Notes under the pieces: generated by a model
Told to the model about the DNA's origin: nothing
Database searches by the model: none
What the model saw: only the letters and a program-made list of their open reading frames with translations
Source: Polyangiaceae bacterium
GTDB taxonomy: Bacteria > Myxococcota_A > Polyangia > Polyangiales > Polyangiaceae
DNA length: 64,000 nucleotides
Reading direction: 5' to 3'
NCBI GenBank assembly: GCA_035063585.1
Contig: JAPSGB010000026.1
Location: 1 to 64,000, forward strand
Position numbers and translations under genes: made by a program
In this document: positions 28,510 through 40,317 of the stretch, in pieces
How the letters are laid out: each line of letters starts with the position of its first letter
How positions within the stretch are numbered: position 1 is the first letter of the stretch

Positions 28510-30768
28510 ATGACCGACTCGCCTCAGCATCCCGACGCATCGGCTGCGCCTGCTCGTCCGAGTTGGCTCCGCAGCCTGCAGGCGAGGTTCGCGGTCCTCC
28601 TCGTGCTCTTGGCTGCGCTGGCGGTCACCCCGTGGCTGGTGTCGTCGCTCGCGCGGCAGTCGGTGGATGGGCTGGCGCGCACGTTCGATCGTGCCGGCTC
28701 GCTGCGCTACCGGATGCGCGACATCCGCCGCGAGCTCAACGCCGACAACGCCGCTCGGGCGCGGGCCCTGGTCCGCGAGCAGCGCGCGACGCTCACCGCG
28801 CTCATCGAGGGCGAGCCGACCCAGGGGATCCCGCGCTGCCCCGCGCATGAGCTGTGCGAGCGGCTCGTGGCGCACCTCGGCTACCTCGTGAACACGCTCG
28901 AGCCGATGACGGAGCGCGCGCTCGAGGACCACTCGCGAGTGACCCCGGCGCTCGAGAGCGCGATCGCCTCGCAGATCAAGGAGATCGATCGCACCGTCGC
29001 GCTCACCGCGGAGCACATGCAAGCGCGCGCCACCGCCATCGGTGGGATCGGCACCGCCGCCGGCTCGGGCGCGCTCGTGCTGGTCTTGCTCGTCGGGCTC
29101 GGGGTGTGGAACGTGTTCGGTCGAGTGCGCCGACTCCGGACCGCGATCGTCGCGGAGTCGGAGCCCGCGTTGCGCGCCGAGGCCAAGGGCTCGCACGAGC
29201 TCGCGGTGCTCGCGCAGTCGCTGGCCGACGGACTTCGAGAGATGAACGCGCGGCGCGAGGCGGACCAGCGACGGCTCGTCGAGCTCGGCGACGAGCAGCG
29301 CGCGCTGCACGCGGCGGCCGAGACACTGAGCGCCTGGATCGCCGGCGCGGGCTCGCTCGAGCCTGCGCTCGCCGGCGTGGCGCAAGCGGCCGGGCTCGAG
29401 TGGCTGAGCTTCGACGAAGGCTCGAACTCCGCCACCGTCGATGCGGACTTCCTGGGCGAGCGCGAGAGCATCATCCCGCTCACGTGGCACGAGGAGCATC
29501 TCGGCGTGCTCAGGGGCAAGGGCGACGCCCTCACGCCGGAGCAGCGCGCGGTGGTCGACACCTTCGCGCAGTTTCTCGCGCTCGCGTGCCTCTCGCGGCG
29601 GGTGCTCGTCGAGCGTGAGCACCGCGGCGAGGTCGCCAGCGATCTCGCGGCCATCAGCGCGTTTCAGCCGGGCCCGTCGCGCCTGGGCGCGCTCATCGGC
29701 AAGCTCGTGCTCCACGACGACGCGCTGCTCGATGTACTCGACGACGCCGGTCGCCCGGTCGATCGCTTCCGGATCACGGCCGACGCGCTCGAGCGCGTCG
29801 CGACGCCCGCGGCGGTCGAGGTCCCGGAGTCGCCCGCGCTCACGAGCGGCGGGGTGCTCGCCGGCGGCGTCTGCGCGAGCTCGCTCGAAGGGCAGGTGGT
29901 GCGCCTACCGCTTCGAGTCGGCGGGCGGCTGGTCGGCATGCTCAGCCTGGCGCGGTGCCGCGAGCTGTTCAGCCCCCACGAGTACGACGCGCTCGCCGCG
30001 CTCACACCGGTGCTCGCGTCGGCGCTGCTTCGCATGCACATGGCCGAGCGGCTCCGCATCTCCGAGCAGTGGACCACCATCGGTGCGTTTGGGCGCCTGC
30101 TCGCCGATCAGCTTCGTAACCCGCTAAATAGCATGAAGCTCACGCTTCAGGTGGCGCACCGCCGGTTGCGAAAGCTGCCGCAGTCGAGCGAGCTCGACGG
30201 GCTGGTCGAGCGCATGAGCGCGCTCACCGACGAGGTCGAGCGCATCGACTCACGGCTCACCGAGTACTTGGCGATCCACCCGGCCTCGGGAGCGGAGAAT
30301 CACGTCGTCGTGGATTTCACGGCGGTGGTAGCGCGGGCGCTCGCGGAGCTGCGTGAGCTCGCCTCGAGCGCCAGCGTCGAGGTGGTGGAGGCGCTCGCGT
30401 CGGACGCGCTCGTCATCGGCAACGAAGCGCGCCTGCGGCAGACCGTCGGGCAGCTGCTGGAGAACGCCGTCGAGGCGCTGCGCGGCCGCCCCGATCCGCG
30501 CCTCTCGGTGAGCCTCGCGCCGCAGGGCTCGAGCTGGGAGCTCGTGATCCGCGACAACGGCCCGGGTATCGTCGATCCGGTCGCCATCTTCGCGCCTGGC
30601 TACACCACCAAGCCGAGCGGGACGGGCATGGGGCTCGCGCTGGGCCTGCACACCGTGCTCCAGCACCACGGACACCTCTCGGGGCGCGTGCCCGAGGGCG
30701 GGGGCTCGGAGTTCACGCTCTCGCTCCCGCGCCACGCGGCGGTGGAGGGCACCAGCGCGGCGGAGTGA
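28510..30768 (+). CDS. membrane sensor histidine-kinase-like protein (NarX/PilJ-type sensor, GAF-like region, HATPase) lacking the H-box His
   Basis: Two TMs, AGSLR P-box-like motif, LADQLRNPL, ENA, DNGPG, TTK..GTGMGL. Confidence 0.85.
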   Translation: MTDSPQHPDASAAPARPSWLRSLQARFAVLLVLLAALAVTPWLVSSLARQSVDGLARTFDRAGSLRYRMRDIRRELNADNAARARALVREQRATLTALIEGEPTQGIPRCPAHELCERLVAHLGYLVNTLEPMTERALEDHSRVTPALESAIASQIKEIDRTVALTAEHMQARATAIGGIGTAAGSGALVLVLLVGLGVWNVFGRVRRLRTAIVAESEPALRAEAKGSHELAVLAQSLADGLREMNARREADQRRLVELGDEQRALHAAAETLSAWIAGAGSLEPALAGVAQAAGLEWLSFDEGSNSATVDADFLGERESIIPLTWHEEHLGVLRGKGDALTPEQRAVVDTFAQFLALACLSRRVLVEREHRGEVASDLAAISAFQPGPSRLGALIGKLVLHDDALLDVLDDAGRPVDRFRITADALERVATPAAVEVPESPALTSGGVLAGGVCASSLEGQVVRLPLRVGGRLVGMLSLARCRELFSPHEYDALAALTPVLASALLRMHMAERLRISEQWTTIGAFGRLLADQLRNPLNSMKLTLQVAHRRLRKLPQSSELDGLVERMSALTDEVERIDSRLTEYLAIHPASGAENHVVVDFTAVVARALAELRELASSASVEVVEALASDALVIGNEARLRQTVGQLLENAVEALRGRPDPRLSVSLAPQGSSWELVIRDNGPGIVDPVAIFAPGYTTKPSGTGMGLALGLHTVLQHHGHLSGRVPEGGGSEFTLSLPRHAAVEGTSAAE

Positions 30769-30832
30769 CGGCGGCGGGCCGAGGCGGCAATCGGTTGGCA
30801 AACCCCCGTGGTTACAGCTAGCTTCCGGCGCC

Positions 30833-31144
30833 ATGAAGCACACGGTCCCCCACGAGCTCGGACAAGAGCGCGCGAAGAAGGTCGCGGTCGCCGCGCTCGA
30901 TTCCTATAAGGAGCGGTTCGCGAAGTACGAGCCCAACGCGCGCTGGACGAACGAGCGCCACGCGGACATCGATTTTCGCGTCAAGGGCGTGTCGCTCACC
31001 GGCTCGCTCGACGTGAACCCGGCCAGCATCGAGCTCGATCTCGAGGTCCCCTTCTTGTTCAAGCCCTTCAAGGGCAAGGCCATCGCCCTCATCGAGGAGG
31101 AGATCAAGAAGTGGATGGCGAAGGCGAAGGCGGGCGAGATCTAG
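30833..31144 (+). CDS. polyhydroxyalkanoic acid system family protein (PHA_gran_rgn-like)
   Basis: H.VPHELG..RA, VTG.L.V, VPFLFKPFKG..IEEEI. Confidence 0.75.
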   Translation: MKHTVPHELGQERAKKVAVAALDSYKERFAKYEPNARWTNERHADIDFRVKGVSLTGSLDVNPASIELDLEVPFLFKPFKGKAIALIEEEIKKWMAKAKAGEI

Positions 31145-31157
31145 CCGAGCCGCGAGC

Positions 31158-32840
31158 TCAGCCGCCTTCGCCGAGCAGGGAGACCGAGCGCGACGGCCTG
31201 GGCGCCGCGGCGGCGCCGGCGCGCTCGAGGTGGGCGAGCACCTGGAGCACGGTCGCCTCGTCCCAGGCGTCCGCTGTGAGCTGCAGCCCGACCGGCAAGC
31301 CCTCGCGATTGAGCCCCACCGGCGCGGTCCCTGCGGGGTACCCGGTGAGGTTACCGAGGAACGCGAACCGGCACATCGCGTCGAGCGCCAGGGGATCGAT
31401 GAAGCCGGCCCGGGCCTCTGCGTCGGTGACCGCTGGCGCGGCGCGCGCGGTGGTGGGCGAAGCGAGGACGTCCACCGCGCGGAGCGCTTCGGCGACCTCT
31501 CGGCGCAGCGTGGCGCGGAGCCGCTGCGCGTCGAGGTACGCGTCGGCCTCGAAGGTCGCCATCCCGGCGAGCAGGAGCTGCACGTCCGGGCCGAGCTCGT
31601 CGAAGTGCTCCGCGCGCGCCGCGCCGAGGCCGGCGTAGCTCTCGAGCCCGATGGTGAGGTAGCCGATGGCCGGCGCGTGCTTTGCCAACGGCACCTGGAT
31701 CGGGACCAGGGTAGCTCCTTCACGCTCGAGGACCGAGAGGGCTTGTCGGGCCGGCGCGGCCACGTCGCGCTCCGCCGCCGCCCACTCGTCCTCGTCGACG
31801 CCGATGCGAAGCCCGCGCACGCCGCGCCCGAGCGCCCGGACCAGCGCGCCGTCGGCGAGCGCCGGCGCCACGTCCGCCGAGCGATCACGTCCGTCGGCGC
31901 CCGCTGTGATGGCGGTGAACAGCGCGAGGTCGAGCGCGGAGGCGCCGAGCGGGCCGAGGTGGACCACGGAGCTGCCGCCGGTGAGCCCCTCGCCGGTGCT
32001 CGGGATTCGCCCGTAGGTAGGCTTCAGGCCGAACACGCCGTTCAGGCACGCGGGGATGCGGATGGAGCCGCCTCCGTCGCATCCGAGCGCGATCGGCACG
32101 ATCCCGCTCGCCACCGCGACGCCCGAGCCGCTCGAGCTCCCGCCGGGTAAGCGATCCGGCGCATGAGCGTTGCGCGGCATGTCGCGGTGCGGATTTCCGC
32201 CGAGCGGCGAGAGCCCGTACTCGGTCATCGGCGTGGTGCCGAGGATCACGGCCCCTGCCGCGCGCAGCCGCGCGACCGCGGTGGCGTCGGCGCTCGCCGG
32301 GGTTCGCGGCGCCCACCCGGTGCCGGTGCGGGTCGGGAGCCCCTCGACGTCGACCTCCTCCTTGATGAGCAGCGGGACGCCGTCGAGCGCGGAGAGCGGC
32401 TCGCCTCGCGATAGCCGCTCTCCGCTCGCGCGCGCCGCCTCGCGCGCGCGAGGTTCGTCCACGTCGAGGAGCGCGCTGCCTCCGGGGCCGAGCGCCGCGA
32501 GGGCTCGAGCGCCCTCGAGCGCGCGAGCGGTCGCTTCGAGCGGCGTCACCCGGCGCTCGCGGTACGCCGCGCCGAGCGCCGCCGAGGTGAGCGGCCACCC
32601 GGAGCGCGCGGGCACGCCGAGCCCGGCGTCCTCGCGCGCGTGGCTCGCGCGGGCGCGGAGCGGCGCGAGGTCGAAGGGCAGATCGCTTCGAACGTTCGCG
32701 GGCAGCGCGCGGAGCGCCTCGATGCCGAGCTCGGCGCGCAAGAGCCGCGCGAGCGCGAGGCGCGCGGGGGTACGGCGGGCTGCGAAGACGAGCGCCCGGA
32801 GGGCGCGACCGGACATGCGAGCGGGCGCGAGGCGAGCCAT
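31158..32840 (-). CDS. amidase signature family protein
   Basis: LDGVPLLIKE, PGGSSSGS, DGGGSIRIPA, GLKPTYGR. Confidence 0.93.
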   Translation of the reverse strand: MARLAPARMSGRALRALVFAARRTPARLALARLLRAELGIEALRALPANVRSDLPFDLAPLRARASHAREDAGLGVPARSGWPLTSAALGAAYRERRVTPLEATARALEGARALAALGPGGSALLDVDEPRAREAARASGERLSRGEPLSALDGVPLLIKEEVDVEGLPTRTGTGWAPRTPASADATAVARLRAAGAVILGTTPMTEYGLSPLGGNPHRDMPRNAHAPDRLPGGSSSGSGVAVASGIVPIALGCDGGGSIRIPACLNGVFGLKPTYGRIPSTGEGLTGGSSVVHLGPLGASALDLALFTAITAGADGRDRSADVAPALADGALVRALGRGVRGLRIGVDEDEWAAAERDVAAPARQALSVLEREGATLVPIQVPLAKHAPAIGYLTIGLESYAGLGAARAEHFDELGPDVQLLLAGMATFEADAYLDAQRLRATLRREVAEALRAVDVLASPTTARAAPAVTDAEARAGFIDPLALDAMCRFAFLGNLTGYPAGTAPVGLNREGLPVGLQLTADAWDEATVLQVLAHLERAGAAAAPRPSRSVSLLGEGG

Positions 32841-32893
32841 GCCGCCAGCATAGCGCGCGAGCCCGAGGGGGGACCGATGGCGAAGCGACTCGC

Positions 32894-33340
32894 TCAGCGA
32901 GCGCGCGCGGTGTGCGTGAAATGCGCCTCACCGCCCGGCGCGTCCCCGTCGAGGCGGAGCCCGACCGTGAGCCGCGCTCGCTCGGGGTTGCAGGACTTCG
33001 CCTTGCCGTCCTGGCACCAGTAATAGGAGAGCTCGATGTGCGCGGGCCCGAGCGCGCCGTCGGCCACGTCCACCGGGAGCCGAATCGGCAGCTGGGCCGG
33101 ATCGAGCCGCGTCTTGATGCGCTCGGGGAAGTTGAGCCCGTCTCCGCGCGCCTCGACGACCAGCGGCGCGTCCTGGGTGAGCTCTCCGCCCGGCGGCGGC
33201 GCGAGGTCGATGATGATGGTGCCCCGCCCGGGGCCGAGCTGGCCGCTCGCTCGGACGTACGTCTCGTCCGAGTCCGCCATCACGGCGCCGCTCGCCAGGA
33301 CGAGCACGGACGACAGCACGATCGAGAGCAGCGCCTTCAT
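32894..33340 (-). CDS. secreted hypothetical beta-sandwich protein with a Cys pair
   Basis: Signal peptide MKALL...VMA; YYWC...C motif. Confidence 0.6.
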   Translation of the reverse strand: MKALLSIVLSSVLVLASGAVMADSDETYVRASGQLGPGRGTIIIDLAPPPGGELTQDAPLVVEARGDGLNFPERIKTRLDPAQLPIRLPVDVADGALGPAHIELSYYWCQDGKAKSCNPERARLTVGLRLDGDAPGGEAHFTHTARAR

Positions 33341-33405
33341 GAATACCCGTGTACTACGCGCGGCGGACCGCCGAGGTTTCGCCAATCGTACTAGGATTTC
33401 GGTCC

Positions 33406-35874
<2,469 letters not shown>

Positions 35875-35966
35875 GCCGCGCCCCGCTCGGCGGCGGGCGG
35901 CCCGAGCGCTCCCGAGCGACGCGCGGACGCGGCGCGCCGCCGGCCGCGCCGGCTCGGCAGCTCCCC

Positions 35967-38915
35967 TCAGACCGGATCGCGGCGCTTCAAGATGATGAGG
36001 ATGGTAATGAGGAATACCACCATGAGACCGCCGAGCACCGCCGGCGGGAGCCAGAGCAGATCATAGTGGGTGAAGCCCCACGCGCCGTTGAAGTCGGTGC
36101 CGGCGATCTGCGCTGTCGCGCAATTGAAGTGTCCGGCGGTGACGAAGCTGTCCGGAGCGTCCGCGGTCGCTTTTCCGACGTCGATGACCCAGGCCGGGCT
36201 GTTCGCGATGGCCATGCGCTCCTGGGCGACCACGCCCTCGAAGCCCCAGCGCGCCGGCATGACGTACATCGGCCACTCGAGCATCGGGTTGGTCGTCATC
36301 GGCACCATCAGCCCGCCGAGCACGACCTGCGGGATGAGGAAGATGGGCGTGAGCGCCATCGCGGCCTCGGAGCTCTGCACCATCGTGCTCAGGAAGAGCC
36401 CGAGCGCGACGGAGTTCATGGCGGTAGCGACGAGGACGCCGAGCTCGATGGCGAAGGCTTGCGGCCCGCCGTTGAACCCGAGCGCGAAGAACACGATGGC
36501 GAGCAGCACCGTGCACTGGATGATGCAGAAGATGCTGAGCAGTAGGAACTTGCTGAAGACGTAATTGAAGAGCCCGAGGTTCACCATCCGCTCTCGCAGA
36601 TAGATGGCGCGCTCACTCACGATCTCGCGGGCGGCGTTGCTGGTACCGAACCACACGGCGCTCACGACCAGGAAGAAGACGGCTCCCGAGTGATCCGGCG
36701 TGGTCTTCATGTTCTGGAGCATGTCGCTCGTGCTGTCGCCGAGCCCTCCGCTCCGCCGCGCGAGCTCCTGGAGCGCGCCGAGGCACCAGTACGGGATGGC
36801 GTCCTTCTGACCACCGAACACCATGGCGAGCAGCACGCCGATGATGGGCGCTTGCGACAACATGATGATGGTGCCGCTGACATCGCGGACCTTGACCCGG
36901 AAGTACCGGGAGAAGAGCAGCCCAAATTGCCCCGAGGTGTTGCCGCGCCCGCGCGGCACGCCCTGCGATTGCGAGCCGGTGCCGACCGCGCGGCGACCGG
37001 AGAACATCTTCTGGAAGATCGGGTTCTGCGGGTTGAAGAACTCGGCGTTCCACTCGCGCGCCGCCTGCTGGCGCGCCGCGAAGCGCGGTACCGCCGGATT
37101 CTGCGCGCGCATCGCGTCGTAGATCGGGCGCTCGCGCTGATTTAGCATGTCGAACATGTCGCGCGGGTTGTCGACGTCGTTCGACTTGCCGAGCCGCTCG
37201 AGGAACGAGCCGAAGAAGCGATAGCCGTCGGTGGTGGGTCCGTAGAAGATCGGGATGCCGCCCTGGCCGAGGATGAGGGCCAGGTTGAACTTCTCGAATT
37301 CGTCCTTCGCCGGCTGATGGATGGTGCAGATGATGGTCTTGCCCGTCTTCTTGGCGAGGCTGGACAGGAGCTGCACGAGCGCCGCGGTGTCGTCGGCGGC
37401 GAGCCCGCTGGTTGGCTCGTCGAGAAACATGATGACCGGATCGGTCACGAGCTCCATGGCGATGTTTACGCGCTTGCGCTGCCCGCCCGAGAGGATCTTC
37501 TTCTCGGGCTTGCCGATCTGCAGGTGTGCGACCCCCTCGAGGCCGAGCTGCGCGAGGGTCGTCTGCACGCGGCGATCGATCTCCTCCTCGGAGTAGTCGG
37601 GCGGCAGGCGGAACTTCGCGCTGTAGCGGACCGCCTCGTACACCGTGAGCTCGGGGTGCACGATGTCGTCTTGCGGGACGTAACCGATCGAGCCGCGGAG
37701 CGCGTCGTAGATGGCGTAGAGATCCTCGCCGTTGATGCGGACCTGCCCCGCGCTCGGCGGCAGGTAGCCGTTCAAGGTGAGCAGTAGCGTGGTCTTGCCC
37801 GCGCCACTCGGGCCCATGAGCGCGATGAGATCTCCGGGCAGCGCCTTGAAGCTCACGTGATCGAGGAGCGTCTTCAGCACGCTCGGATCGTCGCGATCGG
37901 GCACCTGCAGGACGAGGTCCCAGGCCTCGATGTCGTAGAGCGGCCGCCCCGTCCAGTCGGGCGAGTCCTCGACGATGACCTCGACGTGCTGATCCTGGAC
38001 CTGGATGAGGAGCGGCATCGGGCCGATGAAGACCTTCTCGCCGTTTTGCACCGGGACGCGCTGGCCGGGCGGGATGCGCTGGCCGCGGACGTAGGTGCCG
38101 TTCGAGCTGCCGCGGTCCTCGAGGAAGAGCTGCCCGCCGAGTTGATGGAGGAGGGCGTGCTTGCTCGAGACCTGCGCGTGCTCGATCTTGATGTCGTTGT
38201 CGGGCGTGCGGCCGATGCTCTTTGCGCTCGCGCCACCCTGCGCGCCAAACTTGAGCTGGCCGATGACGGTCTTGTGCTTGCGAGCGCCGCCGCCGCCGGG
38301 GCCCGCCGCGGGCGCCGCGACGGCGCCTGCCGCCGGCGCTGCCGCCGCGCCGCCGGCCGAGAGCGCTGCGGCGAGCTCGAGCCCAGTCTGCACCGGGAGC
38401 GGGACCGGACCGAGCGCGACCAGCCCGCTCGGGTCGAGCGGCCGCGGCTGCTCGGGGACCAGCCGCTCCTGACCGAGCCAGGTGCCGCTGGTCGAGCCGT
38501 GATCGACCATGGAGAGCGGCTGCGTGAGCAGCGTCGCGTGCCGGCCGGACACGCCGGGGTGATGGATGACGACGTTCGACTGCGCGGCGTCGCGCCCGAA
38601 GACGATGCGCCCCGGAGTGAGCGGCGCGTTGCCGCGAGCCATCAGCATCAGCACGATCGCCGGGTGCGTCGCCGGTAGCGGCGTCTGCCCGAGCAGCACC
38701 TGCGAGCGAAAGTCGATCGCGGTGGTCGACCCGGGCAGGACCGGCTGTCCGTCGACCGTCGTCTGCCCGGTCCCGCCGTCGACCAAGACGAAGTTGCCGC
38801 CGCCCTGATGGACGATGCGCGCGTGCTCTGCGGCGACGCCGGGGCCGCCGAGGCGAATGTCTGAGCTCGGGGCGCTCCCGATGCTGATCGTCTGCTTGCC
38901 GAAGCCGGTGATCAT
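35967..38915 (-). CDS. FHA-domain ABC transporter (3 FHA + NBD + ABC-2 permease), Rv1747-like
   Basis: GR..SxxHA..GSxNGT FHA motifs, GPSGAGKTT, LSGGQRKR, LDEPTSG, C-terminal TMs. Confidence 0.92.
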   Translation of the reverse strand: MITGFGKQTISIGSAPSSDIRLGGPGVAAEHARIVHQGGGNFVLVDGGTGQTTVDGQPVLPGSTTAIDFRSQVLLGQTPLPATHPAIVLMLMARGNAPLTPGRIVFGRDAAQSNVVIHHPGVSGRHATLLTQPLSMVDHGSTSGTWLGQERLVPEQPRPLDPSGLVALGPVPLPVQTGLELAAALSAGGAAAAPAAGAVAAPAAGPGGGGARKHKTVIGQLKFGAQGGASAKSIGRTPDNDIKIEHAQVSSKHALLHQLGGQLFLEDRGSSNGTYVRGQRIPPGQRVPVQNGEKVFIGPMPLLIQVQDQHVEVIVEDSPDWTGRPLYDIEAWDLVLQVPDRDDPSVLKTLLDHVSFKALPGDLIALMGPSGAGKTTLLLTLNGYLPPSAGQVRINGEDLYAIYDALRGSIGYVPQDDIVHPELTVYEAVRYSAKFRLPPDYSEEEIDRRVQTTLAQLGLEGVAHLQIGKPEKKILSGGQRKRVNIAMELVTDPVIMFLDEPTSGLAADDTAALVQLLSSLAKKTGKTIICTIHQPAKDEFEKFNLALILGQGGIPIFYGPTTDGYRFFGSFLERLGKSNDVDNPRDMFDMLNQRERPIYDAMRAQNPAVPRFAARQQAAREWNAEFFNPQNPIFQKMFSGRRAVGTGSQSQGVPRGRGNTSGQFGLLFSRYFRVKVRDVSGTIIMLSQAPIIGVLLAMVFGGQKDAIPYWCLGALQELARRSGGLGDSTSDMLQNMKTTPDHSGAVFFLVVSAVWFGTSNAAREIVSERAIYLRERMVNLGLFNYVFSKFLLLSIFCIIQCTVLLAIVFFALGFNGGPQAFAIELGVLVATAMNSVALGLFLSTMVQSSEAAMALTPIFLIPQVVLGGLMVPMTTNPMLEWPMYVMPARWGFEGVVAQERMAIANSPAWVIDVGKATADAPDSFVTAGHFNCATAQIAGTDFNGAWGFTHYDLLWLPPAVLGGLMVVFLITILIILKRRDPV

Positions 38916-38979
38916 CGTGCTTCCTTCTCGAGTGTCTCGAATAGCCCAGCGCGGGCGGGGGTCGCAAGCGCGGGGGTCG

Positions 38980-40317
38980 TCAGGGCCCGGTAGGTGCGGC
39001 GTCCGGGGTCACGTCGCCGCCGCTCGCGTCGCGCGCGAGCCCGCCATCAGGGTGCCGGTGATGATGATGGGGGTGCGCGCTCGGCTCCTCTTCCAAGGCG
39101 CCCGGGATGGGCTCGAGCACCGTCTCGGGGCGGGCCGAGGGCGCGGGCGGAGCGGCGGTCGGCGCCCTGCTCGATGAGCTCGGCTCGGGTGCATGCCGGA
39201 AGGAGCCGCTCGCCCACCACGCGCCGATCGCGACGACGATGGCGAACGCCACCGCGCCGGCGCCCGCGACCAACCAGCGACCCGCCTGTCGGCTCGTGGG
39301 CGTCGCGCCGGGAGGCAGCGTGGGCGCGAGCGGCGGTGGCTGGTCGCCGGGCTCGGTCACCCGCTCGAGCCGCGGCTCGCCCGGCTCGGTGAGCCGCTCC
39401 GGGCGGGGCTCGTCGAGCAGGGTCGCCGTCGCGGGATGAGCCTCGAGCACCGTCGGGGGCGGGCGCTCGCCGACTCGCACGGTGCGCGGGGGCTCGTCGA
39501 GGAGCGTCCGCGCGTCGTCCCGCGTCGAGAGCTGCACCACGCGAGCGAGCTGCACGGTCACGTTGTCCCAACCGCCACGCTCGTTGGCGAGCGCGACCAG
39601 CGCCGCGCAGACCGTCTCCGGTCGTGCCGCCGCGCGCTCGGTGACGATGCGCGCGATCTCGTCGTCGCCCACCAGATCGCTGAGCCCATCGCTCGCGAGC
39701 AGGAGCACGTCGCCCGCGCGGAGCGGGAGGGGCGCGCTCCGGAGCTCGACGTCCACCTCCGGGTGCATGCCGAGCGCGCGCGTGATCTGGTTCGCGTCCG
39801 GGTGGACCGCGGCCTCCTCGCGGCTGATGAGGCCCGCGTCGACCATCTCTTGGACCATCGAGTGGTCGCGGGTCAGTTGCTCGATGAGGCCGTCCCGCAC
39901 TAGGTAGATGCGTGAATCCCCCACGTGCGCGAGCTCCGCCACGCCGTCGTGGATGAGCGCGGCGACGCAGGTGGAGCCGGGGCGGAGCTCCTCGGGCTCG
40001 GCGCCGCCGATGCTCCAGACTGCGCGCCCTGCCGCCTCTACGGCAGCCCGCAAGAGCGGCCCGGGCGGGGCTCCGGGCGGCGCCGCCTCGACCTCCGCGA
40101 GGATGGTGCGAACGGCCGCCCGACTCGCCTCTCTCCCGCCCGTGTGTCCGCCCATGCCGTCGCACACGATCACGAGGTGGCCGTGCGCGGTGGTCGCGTG
40201 CGCGACCGAGTCCTCGTTGACCTGCTTGGTCGGATCGCGGCCAGGGTCGCTGAGCTCGGCGACCTCGACGACGACGTCGTGGGTGGAGCCTCGCACGACG
40301 CCCCGTCGCACGCTCAC
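38980..40317 (-). CDS. PP2C/PPM Ser/Thr phosphatase, membrane anchored
   Basis: NEDS, CDGMGGH, HVGDSR, DHS, SDGL, GGWDN. GTGA overlap with the upstream stop. Confidence 0.92.
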   Translation of the reverse strand: MSVRRGVVRGSTHDVVVEVAELSDPGRDPTKQVNEDSVAHATTAHGHLVIVCDGMGGHTGGREASRAAVRTILAEVEAAPPGAPPGPLLRAAVEAAGRAVWSIGGAEPEELRPGSTCVAALIHDGVAELAHVGDSRIYLVRDGLIEQLTRDHSMVQEMVDAGLISREEAAVHPDANQITRALGMHPEVDVELRSAPLPLRAGDVLLLASDGLSDLVGDDEIARIVTERAAARPETVCAALVALANERGGWDNVTVQLARVVQLSTRDDARTLLDEPPRTVRVGERPPPTVLEAHPATATLLDEPRPERLTEPGEPRLERVTEPGDQPPPLAPTLPPGATPTSRQAGRWLVAGAGAVAFAIVVAIGAWWASGSFRHAPEPSSSSRAPTAAPPAPSARPETVLEPIPGALEEEPSAHPHHHHRHPDGGLARDASGGDVTPDAAPTGP

